Positions 61,254 through 64,000 of a stretch of DNA of 64,000 nucleotides are shown here, piece by piece. This stretch comes from Squalus acanthias (Eukaryota): the NCBI GenBank assembly GCA_030390025.1, contig CM059431.1, positions 143,966,001 to 144,030,000 on the forward strand, read 5' to 3'. The notes under the pieces are model-generated. The model searched no databases, was not told where the DNA came from, and was given only the letters and a program-made list of their open reading frames with translations. Within the stretch, counting starts at the first letter, position 1; the number at the start of each line of letters is the position of its first letter. The translations under genes were made by a program, and so were the position numbers.

Positions 61254-63880
61254 AGAGAGATTAAGAGATGGTGCAAGTCAAAAGGAGGTGGTAATTGGAC
61301 AAGATAAGAAACAAAAGACGGCTATGGATGAAGTGTAAATGGCACTGTCAGAATGAAAGACAGCTGCCATGTAGGAGAGAAAAAATAATAATATAACAAA
61401 AAAAATGGAAAGAAAAGGATACGGGCAGAGTTTATGGTCTGAAATTGTTGAATTCTATGTTGAGTCAAGAAGGCTGTAAATTGCCTAATCGAAAGATGAG
61501 GTGCTGTTCATCGAGCTTACATTGAGCTTCATTGGAACATTGTTCAAGACCGAGGACGGTGAGGTCTGAGTTGGACTGGAGCGGAGAATTAAAGTGACAG
61601 ATGACGGGAAGCTCGGGGTCAAACTTACTGACTGAACGGAGGTGTTCCGCAAAGCAGTCACCCGAATTGCGTTTGGTTTTCCCAACGTAGAGGAGACCGC
61701 ATCGTGAGCAGCGAATACAGTATAGTAAATTGCAAGAAGTACAAGTAAATAGCTGTTTCTCCTGGAAGGAGTGTTTGGGGCCCTGGACAGTGGGAAGTGT
61801 GGAGGTAAAAGGGCAGGTGTTGCATCTGCTGCACTCACATGGGAAGGTACCGGGCGAAGGGGAAGGGGTGTTGTGGGTGATTGAGGAGTGGATCTGGGTG
61901 TCTCGGAGGAAGCGGTCCCTTCGGAATGCTGAAAGGGCAGGTGAGAGGAAGATGTTTTTGGTGGTTGGATCACGCTGGAGGTGGCGGAAATTTCGGAGGA
62001 TGATCCGTTGACTGTGAATTCTGGTGGGTGAAAGATGAGGACAAGGGGAACCCTATCGTGTTTCCGGGAGGGAGGGGAAGGGGTGAGAGCAGAAGTGCGG
62101 GAAATAGAATGGACACGGTCAAGAGCCGTGTTAACCACAGTAGAGGGGAATCCTCGGCTACGGAAAAATGAAGACAAGTCGGAAGCACTAGTATGGAAGG
62201 TGGTATCGTCAGAGCAGATGTGTCGGAGACGGAGAAACTGGGAGAATGGAGTAGAGTCCTTACAGGAAGCGGGGTGTGAGGAAGTGTAATCAAGTTAGCT
62301 GTGGGAGTCAGTGGGCTTGTATCAAATGTTTGTCAATAGCCTATCCCCAGGGATGGAGACAGAGAAATCGAGGAAGGGAAGGGAAGAGTCGGAGATGGAC
62401 CATGTGAAGGTGAGGGAAGGGGGGAAATTGGAAGCAAAGTGAATGAAATGTTCTAGTTCAGGGCGAGAGCAGGAAACAGCACCGATACAGTCATCAACGT
62501 AATGGAAAAAGAGGTGAGGGGGGTGACCTGAATAGGACTGAAAAAAATAATATTCCACATATCCCACGAAAAGGCAGGCATAGCTGGGACCCATGCGGGC
62601 TCCCGTAGCAACACCTTTATTCTGGAGGAAGTGAGTGGAGTCAAAGGAGAAGTTGTTCAATGTGAGAACAAGTTCAGCCAGGCGGAGGATTGTGGTGGTG
62701 GATGGGGACTGGTTGGGCCTCTGTTCAAGGAAGAAGCGGAGCGCCCTCAGGTCATCCTGGTGGGGATCGGAGGTGTATAGGGATTGGACGTCCATAGTGA
62801 AAAGGAAAGGTTGGGGCCAGGAAACTGGAAACTGTTAAAGTGGCGTAGAGCGTCGGAAGAGTCGCGGATGTTGGTGGGAAGAGGCTGGAAAAGGGGAGAA
62901 AAAGTAAAGCCGAGATAGGAAGAGATAAGTTTCTTGGGGCAAGAACAGACTGAAAAGATGGGTCTACCGGGGCAGTCCTGTTTGTGAATCTTGGGAAGGA
63001 GGTAGAAGCGGGCTGTACGGGGTTGGGGCACTATGAGATTGGCGGCCGTGGAGGGAAGATCTCCAGAGGAGAAGAGGTCAGTGACAGTCTTGGAAATGGT
63101 GACTTGATGTTCGGTAGTGGGGTCGTCATCCAGGCGGGAGTAGGAGGAGGTCTCGGAGAGTTGGCGTCCAGCCTCCGCTAGGTAGAGCTCGGTTCGCCAA
63201 ACAACAACAGCATGACCCTTTTCAGCAGGTTTAATGACAATGTTGAGGTTGGATCTGAAAGAATGGAGTGCTGCAAATTCAGAGGGAGGTAGGTTGGAGT
63301 GAGTGAGGGGAGCAGAAAAATGGAGACGGCCGATGTCACGGCGGCAGTTTGCAATGGAAAGATCTAGAGAGGGTAAGAGGCCAGAGGGAGGAGTCCAGGT
63401 AGAATGAGAATTCTGAAAGCTGGAGAAAGGGTCAGCCGTGCGGGGGGAAGACTCCTGGCCAAAGAAGTGGGCATGGAGATGAAGGAGGTGGAAAAAGAGC
63501 TCAGCATCGTGCCGAGCTCGAAATTTATTGAGATGGATGCGTAAGGGGATGAAGCTCAGGCCATTGCTAAGAACTGATCGTTCGGGGTCAGAGAGGGGAA
63601 GTTCAGAGGGGATAGTGAAAACACGGCAGGGGGTGAGATTGGAAGAAGGGATGGGGTCAGAGGAACGTCAAGGGGAAGAATGTTCCGGAGGGGGTGTTGT
63701 TGTCCAAGAGTTCTTGAAGCTTGCTATCCTTGACACCTGAAAGGAAGAAAACAAGTTTGTTGTTAAAGCGACGGATGAGGCGAAGGATGAAATGGAACTG
63801 CTGACCAGTACAGCTTTGAGATAGAGTGAGTCGCTGCTGCTGAATAGATTTGTTAAAGCGCCGGACGAGGCGAAGGATGT
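61254..63880 (-). mobile_element. Penelope-like element (RT plus GIY-YIG), decayed
   Basis: RFYLLPKIHK, MDVQSLYT, GVATGARMGPSYA, YVDDCIG, LPFLDF, then GIY-YIG remnants. Confidence 0.92.
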
Positions 63881-64000
63881 GGTTTAATGTGTTCAGTTGT
63901 GGTCACCACACCTTAGGAAGGGATTATTAGCCTTGGAGGGAGTGCAGCCTAGATTTACCAGAATGATACATAGACTCCAACGGTTAAATTACGAGGAGAG

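Overview
Repeat-rich eukaryotic DNA. The CR1, Penelope and Tx1 families and the NLR gene type point to a cartilaginous fish (inference, not proven). There is one host gene, a multi-exon NACHT-LRR (NLR) gene at 14134-25832 (+), with an intact NACHT exon, a premature stop in one LRR exon and a frameshifted last exon. The window also holds a tRNA-Lys(UUU) gene and an arm-deleted copy, five tandem-repeat arrays, many often nested CR1 LINEs (one near full length), Penelope-like elements with hammerhead-like cores, and L2, Tx1 and Harbinger remnants. The most notable object is a decayed but almost complete ~10.9 kb endogenous retrovirus at 31435-42335 (-). Its order is LTR, tRNA-Lys(UUU) PBS, coiled-coil/CCHC gag, in-frame UGA-CGG stop, PR-RT-tether-RNase H-IN pol, splice acceptor, env, LTR. 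The env has a furin site, a fusion peptide, a long Cys-rich post-cleavage ectodomain, a TM helix and a possible N-terminal Ig-like domain. This architecture fits a lokiretrovirus-like element better than a classical ERV or a Ty3/gypsy element.
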